Part shown: one piece after another, positions 26,890-36,016 of the stretch
Position numbering within the stretch: position 1 is the first letter of the stretch
How the letters are laid out: the number at the start of each line of letters is the position of its first letter
Assembly: GCA_040754675.1 (NCBI GenBank)
Contig: JBFMCJ010000001.1
Coordinates: 1-37,694, forward strand
DNA from: Bacillota bacterium
Lineage (GTDB): Bacteria > Bacillota > Limnochordia > Limnochordales > Geochordaceae
Direction: 5' to 3'
DNA length: 37,694 nucleotides
The notes under the pieces: model-generated
The model's input: the letters and a program-made list of their open reading frames with translations, nothing else
Told to the model about the DNA's origin: nothing
Databases searched by the model: none
Translations under genes and position numbers: made by a program

Positions 26890-28686
26890 GTGTCAAGCTC
26901 GATGTCGATCCCGGCAACGTCCCATGAGGGCCTGGACGCCGCCCAGTCGCCCCGGCAGGCCGTGCAGCAGCTCGTACGGTACGCTCAGATGGGGCCTCCG
27001 GCCCGCGAGCTGCCTCAGGCTTTCAGTGAGTTCTTCGGCCCTGATGCGCAAGCACGGGAGATCCCCGGCGGATCCACCGGCGCGCTGTTCGTGGAGTGGT
27101 TCCTCTTCGACCGGCCCATGAGTTCCGGCGAGACGCCGGCCCGGCAGTACGCCCTCGCCTCGCCGGCCCTCTCCGCGGATCAGCGGCGAGCTTTTTTCGA
27201 CCTGGCGGAGAGCGTGCCGGGGTTCTTCGAGGTGGTGGGCTTCGGGTCCGGAGGCATGTGGCTCAGCGTCTTCCCGGCGCCCGGCGAGCGGCGCTCCGGC
27301 GAAACGGGCGCGGGCGCCGTCTGGGTGGAGGAGCCCGCGGCGGCACGCCGGCTCGCCAGGGGGGACGTCATCTGGACCCGGCTCCTGCGGTGGAGGGGCC
27401 GCTGGCACCTGGCGACGTGCTGTTTCGTCCTGCCTTCCAGCGCCCAGGACCTCCTGCGGCCGCTGGTGCGGCTGCGGCCGCGATACTCCGACCGCGCCTG
27501 GAGGGCTCTGATGGGGCGGCTGCAACCGCAGTTCTTCCGCGATCTCATCGCCGACTCCGACGAGGCCAGGCCCCTCGCACCCCGTGACGCGCTGCCCCTG
27601 AGTGCTGCAGAACGGCGCTACTACCTGATGGATGCCCAGGCGAGCCTGCGCCGGGGGTTGTTGCGCCTTGCCCTGCAGCGCTACTGGCGCATTCTCGCGG
27701 ATTGCCCCCTTGACCTGGAGGCGCGGCTGGGGGTGGCGCGCATCCGCGCGAGGCAGGGCCGGGTCGCCGCGGCGGAACGGGCGTTCAGGTCCGTCCTGGG
27801 CGACCACCCTGACAACCCGGAGGCGCTGAGCGGGTTGGGCCGGCTGCTGGAGGCGCGCGGGGCCCTCAGAGAGGCGGAGCGGCTGCTCAAGAGGCTGGAC
27901 GACCTCGGAGCGGCCGACACGGAGGCGCTCGTCAGCATGGGCCGCATCGCCCTGCGCAAGGGCAGCGCCGCCCGGGCCCTGGCGTACTTCACCCGGGCCC
28001 TGGAGCTGGCAAAGGCAGCGCGGCGGTCGAAGGGCCTGCGTGCGGGAACGCAGGAGGACGGTGTGGCGCTCGAGGCCGGATGGGAACTCCTGGAGTCCGG
28101 ATACGCCCGAGAGTCCAGGGTGTTTTTCACGCACGCCTGCACTTCTGCCCGGAGCCGCCAGACACGCGCCTCCGCGTGGCACGGCCTTGGCGAGAGCCTG
28201 GCCCGGGAGAAGCGGTGGCTCGAGGGGGCAGCAGCCCTTCTGACCGCTCTGCGGCTGGGCCTCGGGCAGCCGAAACTCTGGGCGGAAGTTGGCCGCCTGT
28301 TCGCCAGAGGAGGCAGGCTGCGGGATGCCGAGGCCGCTTACCGGTCGAGCGCCGCCCGCCTTCCCGGTTACGTTGAGGGGCTCGCAGGGCTTGCCGGGGT
28401 CATGTTGCGCCAGAACCGCGTTGGCGAAGCCCTCCGCATGGCCCGCCGCGCCCAGGCCATCGCGCCCGACGACCCCCAGGTGCTCCGGGTGCTGGGAGCC
28501 TGCTACCTGCGCAAGGGCGCCGCCCGCAGCGCTCTGGAGGTGCTGGACCGGGCCCTGGCCCTGGACCCCCGCAACGTCAACACCAGAAGCCTCCGCCAGC
28601 GGGCGTTCGAGGTCCTTACCCGGCCTGACCGCCGCCGCCAGGTGGGGCCGCCGCGCCGCCGCGGTTCGGGTCCGCAGGGCCTTTAG
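26890..28686 (+). CDS. Tetratricopeptide repeat protein with uncharacterised N-terminal domain
   Basis: Repeated TPR-like units (EALSGLGRLL, EALVSMGRIAL, VLRVLGACYL..ALALDP) after an N-terminal alpha/beta domain (FVEWFLFD, GFFEV). Alternative start 26902. Confidence 0.8.
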   Translation: MSSSMSIPATSHEGLDAAQSPRQAVQQLVRYAQMGPPARELPQAFSEFFGPDAQAREIPGGSTGALFVEWFLFDRPMSSGETPARQYALASPALSADQRRAFFDLAESVPGFFEVVGFGSGGMWLSVFPAPGERRSGETGAGAVWVEEPAAARRLARGDVIWTRLLRWRGRWHLATCCFVLPSSAQDLLRPLVRLRPRYSDRAWRALMGRLQPQFFRDLIADSDEARPLAPRDALPLSAAERRYYLMDAQASLRRGLLRLALQRYWRILADCPLDLEARLGVARIRARQGRVAAAERAFRSVLGDHPDNPEALSGLGRLLEARGALREAERLLKRLDDLGAADTEALVSMGRIALRKGSAARALAYFTRALELAKAARRSKGLRAGTQEDGVALEAGWELLESGYARESRVFFTHACTSARSRQTRASAWHGLGESLAREKRWLEGAAALLTALRLGLGQPKLWAEVGRLFARGGRLRDAEAAYRSSAARLPGYVEGLAGLAGVMLRQNRVGEALRMARRAQAIAPDDPQVLRVLGACYLRKGAARSALEVLDRALALDPRNVNTRSLRQRAFEVLTRPDRRRQVGPPRRRGSGPQGL

Positions 28687-28954
28687 CGTAGCGAGCGAGC
28701 AGGCCGGCGATCATGGCCTGCGTTCGCTCGACCGCGTCGTCCCGCATTGCGTGGAACTGCGGCGACTCCTCCAGCTTCGTCTCGATGTTGGCCAGGATCA
28801 GGCCCTCGACCCGCCGAAGGAAACGCTCGATGGTGTCCGGCTCCGGCCGCTCGCCGAACCGGCCCGAGACCGCCATTGCGAGGAACTCCTCGAGCGTCAG
28901 GGGTTCGTCCGAGGAGAGTTCTGAGTAGCGCTCCCATAGCTCGTCGGCCGTCAC
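28616..28954 (-). CDS. Hypothetical helical protein (112 aa)
   Basis: GTG after GGAGGGAGG; acidic amphipathic composition. Confidence 0.65.
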   Translation of the reverse strand: MTADELWERYSELSSDEPLTLEEFLAMAVSGRFGERPEPDTIERFLRRVEGLILANIETKLEESPQFHAMRDDAVERTQAMIAGLLARYAKGPADPNRGGAAAPPGGGGQAG

Positions 28955-29119
28955 GCCGCGTCACCCTCCCTCCGGGGCCGGACGGCGCCGGGTGTTAGAT
29001 AGCGCTGCCTTTCTCCGATTTACTGTACCGATCGGGCAGTGGACAGTGATAGTATAACGGTCGGATGCCCGGCCCGCTCGAAGACGGCTGCACGCCTCTT
29101 GGGCCGGAGGGGGAGAGCG

Positions 29120-30430
29120 GTGGAGCTTCAGGCCCGAATCGGGCAGCGGATCCGGCGCCGCCGGGAAGAGCTCGGCATGACCCAGCAGGAACTTGCCGGC
29201 CGGGAGCTCACCCGCGGCTTCATCAGCCAGCTCGAGAAGGGCATCGTCATGCCCTCGCTCAAGTCCCTCGAACTCATCGCCTCCCGCCTCTACAGGCCGG
29301 TGGCCTACTTCCTCGAGGAGACCCCGCAGGAGACGTCCCCCGACGGTCAGGCCGCGGCGCTGGTCGACCGCGCCCTCATCCGGCTGGTGGAGCAGGATGC
29401 AGGCGCGGCGCAGGAGCTTGTGCGGCGAGTCGCCGATTCGGCCGGAGGGGATCTCAAGCGCACCGGCGAGGATCTGGCCCCGCGGCTGGAGGCCGTGCGG
29501 GGACTCCTTGCCATGCTCGGGGGTGACCTCCAGGAGGGTAGCCGCCGCGTACAGCAGGCCATACAGGCGCTCAAGGCCGGGGGGTCATCCCGTGCTCTGG
29601 GCCTCGTGCTCGCCGCCCTGGGGTGTGTGCTGGCGCGGGCCGGACGCTGGGACGAGGCGGTTGTGGCCCTGGACGAGTGCGACCGGCTCTTGGCGGAGCT
29701 CGAGGCCGAAGGTGGCCGGCCGGCTTCCTTCGTCCGGGCCTGCCGGGCGGTAGCGTACGCCCGGACGGGGCGCACGGCCGAGGCTCGCCCGGTCCTCGAG
29801 GCGCTGTGGGATCAGTACGGTCGACAAAACTGCTATATTATGCCCGGCGAGGTCTTGGTTGCGCTCGCGGACTGCTATCGGGCCGCGGGCGAACCGGCTC
29901 GGGCCGGCCAGGCGCTGGAGCAGGCGCAGGGTCTCGGCCGGGCGCTTCGCCTTCGGGGGATCGAAGCCCTGGCGCTTGAGCGACAGGCAGAGCTGTTGCA
30001 GAGCCAGGGAGAAGGCCCACGGGCCGTGGACGTGCTGTCGGAGGCTGCGCGGCGCTACCGGGAGACGGGCGACCGGGAGGCTACGGGGCGGCTGCAGGTG
30101 GACCTGGTGCGGATGCTCTGGGAGCAGGGCCGCACGGGCGAGGCGCTGGAAAAGGCGGGGCAGGCGCTCGAAGATCCCGCCGTCGAGAGCGCCAGGGTAC
30201 AGTTGCTGTTGCTGAGGGGGCAGATCCTGGCGCGCCTCGATCGTCTGGATGAGGCAAGGCAGGATCTGGAGCTGGCCGTGTCGGCCTCGGAGTCCGCAGG
30301 GATGAGCCGGGAGCTGGCGGCCGCGTGCTCTGAACTCGGCCGCGTCCTGAGGGCGCAGGGAGAACACGCCCGCGCCAGCGAGTTTTTGGCCCGGGCCGTT
30401 GCGCTGTACGAACGGGCCGGCACTTCGTAG
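29120..30430 (+). CDS. XRE-type HTH + TPR transcriptional regulator (RRNPP-like architecture)
   Basis: IGQRIRRRREELGMTQQELA...FISQLEKG..PSLKSL followed by TPR-like helices; GTG after GGAGG. Confidence 0.85.
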   Translation: MELQARIGQRIRRRREELGMTQQELAGRELTRGFISQLEKGIVMPSLKSLELIASRLYRPVAYFLEETPQETSPDGQAAALVDRALIRLVEQDAGAAQELVRRVADSAGGDLKRTGEDLAPRLEAVRGLLAMLGGDLQEGSRRVQQAIQALKAGGSSRALGLVLAALGCVLARAGRWDEAVVALDECDRLLAELEAEGGRPASFVRACRAVAYARTGRTAEARPVLEALWDQYGRQNCYIMPGEVLVALADCYRAAGEPARAGQALEQAQGLGRALRLRGIEALALERQAELLQSQGEGPRAVDVLSEAARRYRETGDREATGRLQVDLVRMLWEQGRTGEALEKAGQALEDPAVESARVQLLLLRGQILARLDRLDEARQDLELAVSASESAGMSRELAAACSELGRVLRAQGEHARASEFLARAVALYERAGTS

Positions 30431-30447
30431 CCAATACAGAGGGGAGC

Positions 30448-31032
30448 TTGGGGGGAAGCAAGTTGCGCCTTGCGTGGCAGCATCGCCCGGTGTGCCGTAT
30501 CTGCGGCACGCCCATGCAGCTGGAGATCGTGACCTACTCGACGCCGGATGGCGAGGGGCGCCCGCGCCGGTACGAGAACGTCCATCGGTACTCGTGCCCC
30601 AACGGATGCCCCACGGGCTACTACGATTTCCGCCACGCATACTCGCAACAGCCAAAGGCCTCCGGCCGGGCGGAGCGCCTTGGGCGCCGGCAGCGGGTGG
30701 CATGGACCGTCACGACCCTCCTGGTGGCGTTCGGGATCGTTGCCCTGTACGCCCTGTTCATGTACGCGGTGGGCGCCATGCCCATCGGCGCACCCTGGGT
30801 GCGGGTCGCCCTCTGGGTGCTGACCACTGCCGCCTTCATGGGCATCGGAGCGCTGATTGCCGTGCCGCCCCGCCGTTCGGTACCGCTGACCGCGGCCACC
30901 GCGCCGGCGAGCCGGACCCCTGCTTCGCCGGCCCCGGCACCGGCGAGCGCGCCGGCGAATGCGGTGCAGAAAGAGGAAGCGGCCGGCGCCGCCGAGACCG
31001 TCCAGGCCACAGGCAGGGCTACGGGCGCCTGA
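30448..31032 (+). CDS. Zinc-ribbon + two-TM membrane protein
   Basis: C-X2-C-X30-C-X3-C, two hydrophobic helices, A/P-rich tail. Alternative start 30463. Confidence 0.7.
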   Translation: MGGSKLRLAWQHRPVCRICGTPMQLEIVTYSTPDGEGRPRRYENVHRYSCPNGCPTGYYDFRHAYSQQPKASGRAERLGRRQRVAWTVTTLLVAFGIVALYALFMYAVGAMPIGAPWVRVALWVLTTAAFMGIGALIAVPPRRSVPLTAATAPASRTPASPAPAPASAPANAVQKEEAAGAAETVQATGRATGA

Positions 31033-31061
31033 GCCTCCCGAGCAGCGGGCCCGGGCGTCCG

Positions 31062-31832
31062 TCAGATATTGGACCGGGATTGCCCGCCGTCGACCGGGAT
31101 GCAGGCCCCCACGATCCAGCGCGCCCGGGGAGAGGCGAGAAAGGCAACCACCTCGGCGACCTCCTGCGGGGTTCCAAAACGTCCGGCCGGGATCTCGCGT
31201 TCCACGAACCGGCGGATCCCCTCCGGGTCGGCTTTCAGCCGTCGGTCCCAGGACCCGCCCGGGAACAGGATCGAGCCCGGCGCCACGCAGTTCACCCGGA
31301 TGCCCCGGCGGATCAGCTCTATGGCCAGTTGCTTCGCGATGCTGATCTCGGCGGCCTTGGCGGCATTATAGGCGGGGCGCCCGCCGCTCTCGCGGCCCCA
31401 GATGGAGGCGACCAGCACCACGGCGCCCCCGCCCCGCGACTCCATGTGAGGCACGGCCAGCCTGATGGCCCGGGCGGCGGCCACGGCGTTCAGTTCGAAG
31501 GCATCCCGCCAGACCTCGTCCGAGGTCTCAAAGAGGCCCCCGCCGCCGGCCCCGCCCGCATTGTAAACCAGGACGTCCAGCCCCCCGAAGTGGCCGGCGG
31601 CACGGGTAAGCGCCTGCTCCATCTGTTCGGCACAGGCCGCGTCCGCCGGGATGGCCAGCACGTCGAGGCCTTCGGCACGGAGTTCGCGGGCGGCCGTTTC
31701 AAGCGCCGGGACACCGCGGGCCACGAGCCCCAGGCGGCAGCCCTCTCGCCCGAGGGCCGTGGCGATCGCCAGCCCGATCCCGCGGCTGGCCCCCACGACC
31801 ACCGCTGCCTTTCCGGAAAGCTCCAGATCCAC
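31062..31832 (-). CDS. Short-chain dehydrogenase/reductase
   Basis: GASRGIG, YNAG, ASIWG, YNAAK, NCVAPG, VDGG. Confidence 0.95.
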   Translation of the reverse strand: MDLELSGKAAVVVGASRGIGLAIATALGREGCRLGLVARGVPALETAARELRAEGLDVLAIPADAACAEQMEQALTRAAGHFGGLDVLVYNAGGAGGGGLFETSDEVWRDAFELNAVAAARAIRLAVPHMESRGGGAVVLVASIWGRESGGRPAYNAAKAAEISIAKQLAIELIRRGIRVNCVAPGSILFPGGSWDRRLKADPEGIRRFVEREIPAGRFGTPQEVAEVVAFLASPRARWIVGACIPVDGGQSRSNI

Positions 31833-31934
31833 CCACGCTCACCTGACCTCTTGTCCTCTTTCCCCGGGCCACCCGCCGGCATGGACGCTGACCGGATGGG
31901 GCAAGCTCTCCCCGAAGGGGGTGCCAAGATCGCC

Positions 31935-32066
31935 GTGTGGTGGCGTCGTGCCGCGGCGATAGCCCTCGCCGTCGGGGCCGTCGGGCTGTGGATGCGGGCT
32001 GCCGGCCAGCGCGAGCGTGACCGCGCTCGAGGTGCCCGCCGCCTGTTTACCCTCGTCAACGTTTAG
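31935..32066 (+). CDS. Putative 43-aa membrane-anchored small protein
   Basis: MWWRRAAAIALAVGAVGLWMRAAGQRERDRARGARRLFTLVNV*; AAGGGGGTG SD upstream; fills the intergenic gap. Confidence 0.4.
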   Translation: MWWRRAAAIALAVGAVGLWMRAAGQRERDRARGARRLFTLVNV

Positions 32067-32076
32067 CGCCTGGGCC

Positions 32077-33105
32077 TCAGATGCGGATCTCGCCCTGCAG
32101 CACCTTCACCAGCAGGTCCACCGAGGCCCGGGCGTCGCCGAGATCGATCACCTCGCCCGGCGTGTGCAGGTAGCGGGTAGGAATGGAGACCACTGCCGAC
32201 GGAATCCCGTCCCGGCTGGTGTGAATGGGCCCGGCGTCGGTGCCGCCGAAATCCAGCACCTCCATCTGGAACGGTACGCCGTGCTCCCGGGCCCGTTCCA
32301 CCAGCAGCCGGCGCAGCTTCGGGTGCGTGATGACCGAATTGTCCTTCACCTTGATGGCGGCTCCCTTGCCAAGCGCCATCGGCAGCGTCCGCGCCTTGGG
32401 CGTGTCGGCGCTCGCGGTCACGTCCACCGCCACCGCCACATCAGGCGCCAGCCGGAACGCCGCCGGCCGGGCTCCCCGAGCCCCCACCTCCTCCTGTACG
32501 GTGAAAACCCCGTACACCTCGTGAAGCGACGAGGAACCCAGCCGCACCAGCACCTCCACCACGACCGCACACCCGACGCGGTCGTCGAGGGCTTTGCCCA
32601 CCAGCCGCCTGCCCATCACCTGCGCGGGCCGCTGGTAGACCGCCACGTCGCCGATCTGCACCAGTTCCTTTGCCCGGTCCGCACTATCCGCCCCGATGTC
32701 GATGAACAGGCGCTCGTGCTTGAGGTCCTTGATGTCATCCAGGTGCTCGCTGCCGATGACGCCCACCGTCCCGCCGGCGAAGACCACGCGCTGGCCGAGC
32801 AGGACGGCGGGGGAGACCCCGCCAACGGGCGCAAAGCGCAGGAAGCCCTGATCGTCGATGTGGGTGACCATGATGCCGATCTCGTCCATGTGGGCGGCGA
32901 GCATGATCTTTCGGCCGGATCCCTGGCCCCCCGGCTTCTTGACCGCGTAGAGATTTCCCAGGGAATCCTCCCAGATTTCGTCCACCGCCCCAGCGAGCTG
33001 GCGGCGGATCTCCTCGCGCACCGGCTCCTCGTGGCCTGACGGGCCGGTAAGCTCGGCCAGGCGGCTTATCCGCTGTTGTAGGGTCATCCCGGTGTCGGTA
33101 TTCAT
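32077..33105 (-). CDS. M42 family (TET) aminopeptidase, copy 3
   Basis: AHMDEIG, KALDDR, QEEVG, VD, GGTDA, RYLHT. Confidence 0.93.
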   Translation of the reverse strand: MNTDTGMTLQQRISRLAELTGPSGHEEPVREEIRRQLAGAVDEIWEDSLGNLYAVKKPGGQGSGRKIMLAAHMDEIGIMVTHIDDQGFLRFAPVGGVSPAVLLGQRVVFAGGTVGVIGSEHLDDIKDLKHERLFIDIGADSADRAKELVQIGDVAVYQRPAQVMGRRLVGKALDDRVGCAVVVEVLVRLGSSSLHEVYGVFTVQEEVGARGARPAAFRLAPDVAVAVDVTASADTPKARTLPMALGKGAAIKVKDNSVITHPKLRRLLVERAREHGVPFQMEVLDFGGTDAGPIHTSRDGIPSAVVSIPTRYLHTPGEVIDLGDARASVDLLVKVLQGEIRI

Positions 33106-33165
33106 GGCCGTATCCTTTGGGCCGCTCCTTTCGCGTTCGAGCTGCAGTGCCGGCCGGCGGGCGCC

Positions 33166-34257
33166 TCAGCGCGTGCCGCCGAGCAACCCGCTTTGCGGCA
33201 GTTCCCTCAAGAAGCTGCTGACAAGCCGGATCGCCGTCTCCACGTCGCCCAGATCGGCTACGGCGACCGGGCCATGGATGTACCGGCAGGGAACCGAAAC
33301 CGAGGCGGACAAAACCCCTGCGCGGCTCGTGTGGATGGGCCCGGCGTCGTTGCCGCCGGCCGTCGTGCGCCTCCACTGGTAGGGGATGCCATGTCGCTCG
33401 GCCGCCTTCACCAGCGCCCGCACCACCTGCGGGGCGGCGATGGAAGTCTGGTCCATCACGCTGAGGGCAGGCCCGGCTCCCAGCCGCGTCGCTTCCTCGT
33501 GCGCCTCGCTGCCGGGGATGTCGGCACAGGTGGTGCCCTCCAGCACCAGAGCCAGGCCCGGCGAAAGGCGAAAGGCCGCCGCCCCGGCGCCGCGAGCACC
33601 CACCTCCTCCTGCGCCGTGAAGACCCCGGCGACCGGGACGGGGTATTCCCCCTTCAGCACCTCGAGCAGCACCGTGCAGCCCACCCGGTCGTCCAGCGCC
33701 TTCCCCGACACCCTGCGGGACCCCAGCGCCGCAAACTCGGTGGCAAAGACGGCCCAGTCCCCCACCTTGACGGCCTTCTCGGCCTGTTCGCGCGTCTCGG
33801 CGCCAATGTCGATGAAGAGCGCCGACGCCTCCTCGGCCCGGCCCCGCTCGTCGGGCTTCTGGAGGTGGATGGGCTTTACGCCGATGACCCCCGGCACCTG
33901 CCCGGGGCCGATTCGCACCGCCTTGCCGGGTAGGACGCGGTCGTCGATGCCGCCCACCTTCTTGAAGCGCAGGGTGCCGTCACCGTCGATGGACGAGATG
34001 AGAAGCCCCACCTCGTCCATGTGGGCCGTCAGCATCACGGGCGCCGTGGAGTTGCCCGGCCCCGTGGCCGGCCGGCGCCATACGATGACATTGCCCAGGG
34101 CGTCGGTTTCGATGCGATCGCCGTCGCGCAGAAGCGACCGGGCTTTGCGGACCACGATCCGCCGCACTGCGTCCTCGGCGCCCGAGACACCCGGGGCGCC
34201 TGAGAGCTCCCTCAGGGTCTCGATCATCTCGGAGGCCTGTGCCGTTTCAGTGCTCAT
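33166..34257 (-). CDS. M42 family aminopeptidase, copy 2
   Basis: AHMDEVG, KALDDR, QEEVG, LEGT, GGNDA, RYIHG. Confidence 0.93.
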   Translation of the reverse strand: MSTETAQASEMIETLRELSGAPGVSGAEDAVRRIVVRKARSLLRDGDRIETDALGNVIVWRRPATGPGNSTAPVMLTAHMDEVGLLISSIDGDGTLRFKKVGGIDDRVLPGKAVRIGPGQVPGVIGVKPIHLQKPDERGRAEEASALFIDIGAETREQAEKAVKVGDWAVFATEFAALGSRRVSGKALDDRVGCTVLLEVLKGEYPVPVAGVFTAQEEVGARGAGAAAFRLSPGLALVLEGTTCADIPGSEAHEEATRLGAGPALSVMDQTSIAAPQVVRALVKAAERHGIPYQWRRTTAGGNDAGPIHTSRAGVLSASVSVPCRYIHGPVAVADLGDVETAIRLVSSFLRELPQSGLLGGTR

Positions 34258-35395
34258 CCGCACCGACCTCCCAGCGGGTGAGGGCCTCCACGTCTTCCCG
34301 GCGCAGGCCGGCCACGAAGCTCGCCAGGAGCCTGCCGGTCTGCCGGATGTCCGACAGGTCCACCACTTCGACCGGCGAGTGCATGTAGCGCAGCGGGACG
34401 GAGACGAGCCCCGTGGGAATGCCCGCCTGGCTCACCTGAATCGCCCACGCATCGGTCCCGGACCTACCCGGGATGACCTCCACCTGGTAGGCAACGCCGT
34501 GCTCCTTCGCGGCGGCGACGAGGCGTTCGAAGATGCGGGGATGGAAGTTGGGGCCCGTGGCGATGGCCGGCCCCTTCCCGAGTTCCACGACCTCCTCGCT
34601 GACCAGCCGCTGCCGGGCAAACGTCACGTCGATGGCGACGGCCACGTCGGGGTTGACGGCGAACGCCCCCACCGCGGCCCCTCGCAGCCCGACCTCCTCT
34701 TGCACGGTGGCGACGGCGAAGACGTCGGCGTCGTGGCGCAGCCGGTGCAGGTGGCGCATCGCCTCGGCAAGCGCCGCCACACTTGCCCGGTTGTCGAGAG
34801 CCTTGCCGGCAAAGCGCCCCTGCATCAGTTGCTGCGGGCTTTGGGCAATGGTGATGACGTCCCCGACCACGATGCGCTGCCGCGCCTCTTCTTCCGTGAG
34901 GCCACAGTCGACGAAGAGCTCCTCCCACTTGGGGAACTTCTTGCGCTCCTCCTCAGAGGTGAGGTGCGGCGGTTTGAGGCCGATCACCCCGGGAAGGGGC
35001 CCGCCGTCCGTGTGGACGACCACCCGCTGGCCCAGCAGGGTCTGAACGTTGGTGCCCCCCACCGCGGCCACCCTCAAGAAGCCGCCTTTCTCGATGCCGT
35101 TGACCAGCATCCCGATCTCGTCCATGTGGGCGGCAAACATCACGGAAAAGCGCCGGTCCTCGGTGGCCGGCTGTCCCCGGCGCAACGCGATGCAGTTGCC
35201 CAGCCGGTCGGTGCGCACCTCGTCGGCCAGGCCGGAAAGCTGCAGGGCCACCAGGGCCGCCACGCCCTCCTCATGGCCCGAGACCCCGACGGCCTCCGAC
35301 AGCCGCCAAAGAAACGCCGCCAGCGGGTCACGTTCACCCGGCGCCTGTTGCGCCGGCCCGCCGGCGTGGCCCGTACTCCCGTGAGGATGTCCCAT
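34247..35395 (-). CDS. M42 family aminopeptidase, copy 1
   Basis: AHMDEIG, KALDNR, QEEVG, IDVT, SGTDA, RYMHS. Confidence 0.93.
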   Translation of the reverse strand: MGHPHGSTGHAGGPAQQAPGERDPLAAFLWRLSEAVGVSGHEEGVAALVALQLSGLADEVRTDRLGNCIALRRGQPATEDRRFSVMFAAHMDEIGMLVNGIEKGGFLRVAAVGGTNVQTLLGQRVVVHTDGGPLPGVIGLKPPHLTSEEERKKFPKWEELFVDCGLTEEEARQRIVVGDVITIAQSPQQLMQGRFAGKALDNRASVAALAEAMRHLHRLRHDADVFAVATVQEEVGLRGAAVGAFAVNPDVAVAIDVTFARQRLVSEEVVELGKGPAIATGPNFHPRIFERLVAAAKEHGVAYQVEVIPGRSGTDAWAIQVSQAGIPTGLVSVPLRYMHSPVEVVDLSDIRQTGRLLASFVAGLRREDVEALTRWEVGADEH

Positions 35396-35428
35396 TCCCG
35401 TGCCAGAAGACCCCCTCTGATCCGCCCG

Positions 35429-35929
35429 TCAGATGACGATGCGTACGCCGTATCGCAGCCATCCGCCCGGCTTCCGGTCGAGCGTCAGGTGGTATTCCAG
35501 GAAGAAGATGTCAAACTGCGCGCCTACCTGCAGGTAGGGTCGCCACACTCCCCCGCCGACAGGCCCCTGCGCGGGGATCTCGTACGTTGCACCGGCACCG
35601 CCGTACGTTTCCCAGTCGTAGAACTCTCGCGCCGAGATCAGCACGAGGCCCACGTGGGCGTAGCCGGTGCTCTGGGTGCCCTCGCCCTTCGACTCGGCCA
35701 GCGCGCTGAGGGCGAGTTGTGGCGTCACGTAGGCCCGCACGCCGCCGCCCAACTTGAACACCTCGACCGACAGGCGGGCCGGCGGCTCAGCCTCGCCCGC
35801 CGCCCGGGCCGGGAGGCCCGGTGCGCCTCCGGCCAGCGCCAGCGCTGCCGCCACCATCCATACCTTTGCCAGAAAAGGCGCGCCCCTCCCTGGCAGGAGC
35901 GGGCAGTGGCGGGACCAAAGTAACCGCAT
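35429..35929 (-). CDS. Exported small outer-membrane beta-barrel-like protein
   Basis: ATG after AAGGGAG; signal peptide ending ARA; alternating strands GGGVRAY, YGGAGATY, YLQVGAQF, LRYGVRIVI. Confidence 0.55.
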   Translation of the reverse strand: MRLLWSRHCPLLPGRGAPFLAKVWMVAAALALAGGAPGLPARAAGEAEPPARLSVEVFKLGGGVRAYVTPQLALSALAESKGEGTQSTGYAHVGLVLISAREFYDWETYGGAGATYEIPAQGPVGGGVWRPYLQVGAQFDIFFLEYHLTLDRKPGGWLRYGVRIVI

Positions 35930-36016
35930 CCTGGTAGCTCCCTTCTCCGGCGGAGAAGCCTTCGATTTGCAGGGGGCGCCACCTTCTGGCAGCCCTGGGA
36001 AAGAAGGAAGACAAGC

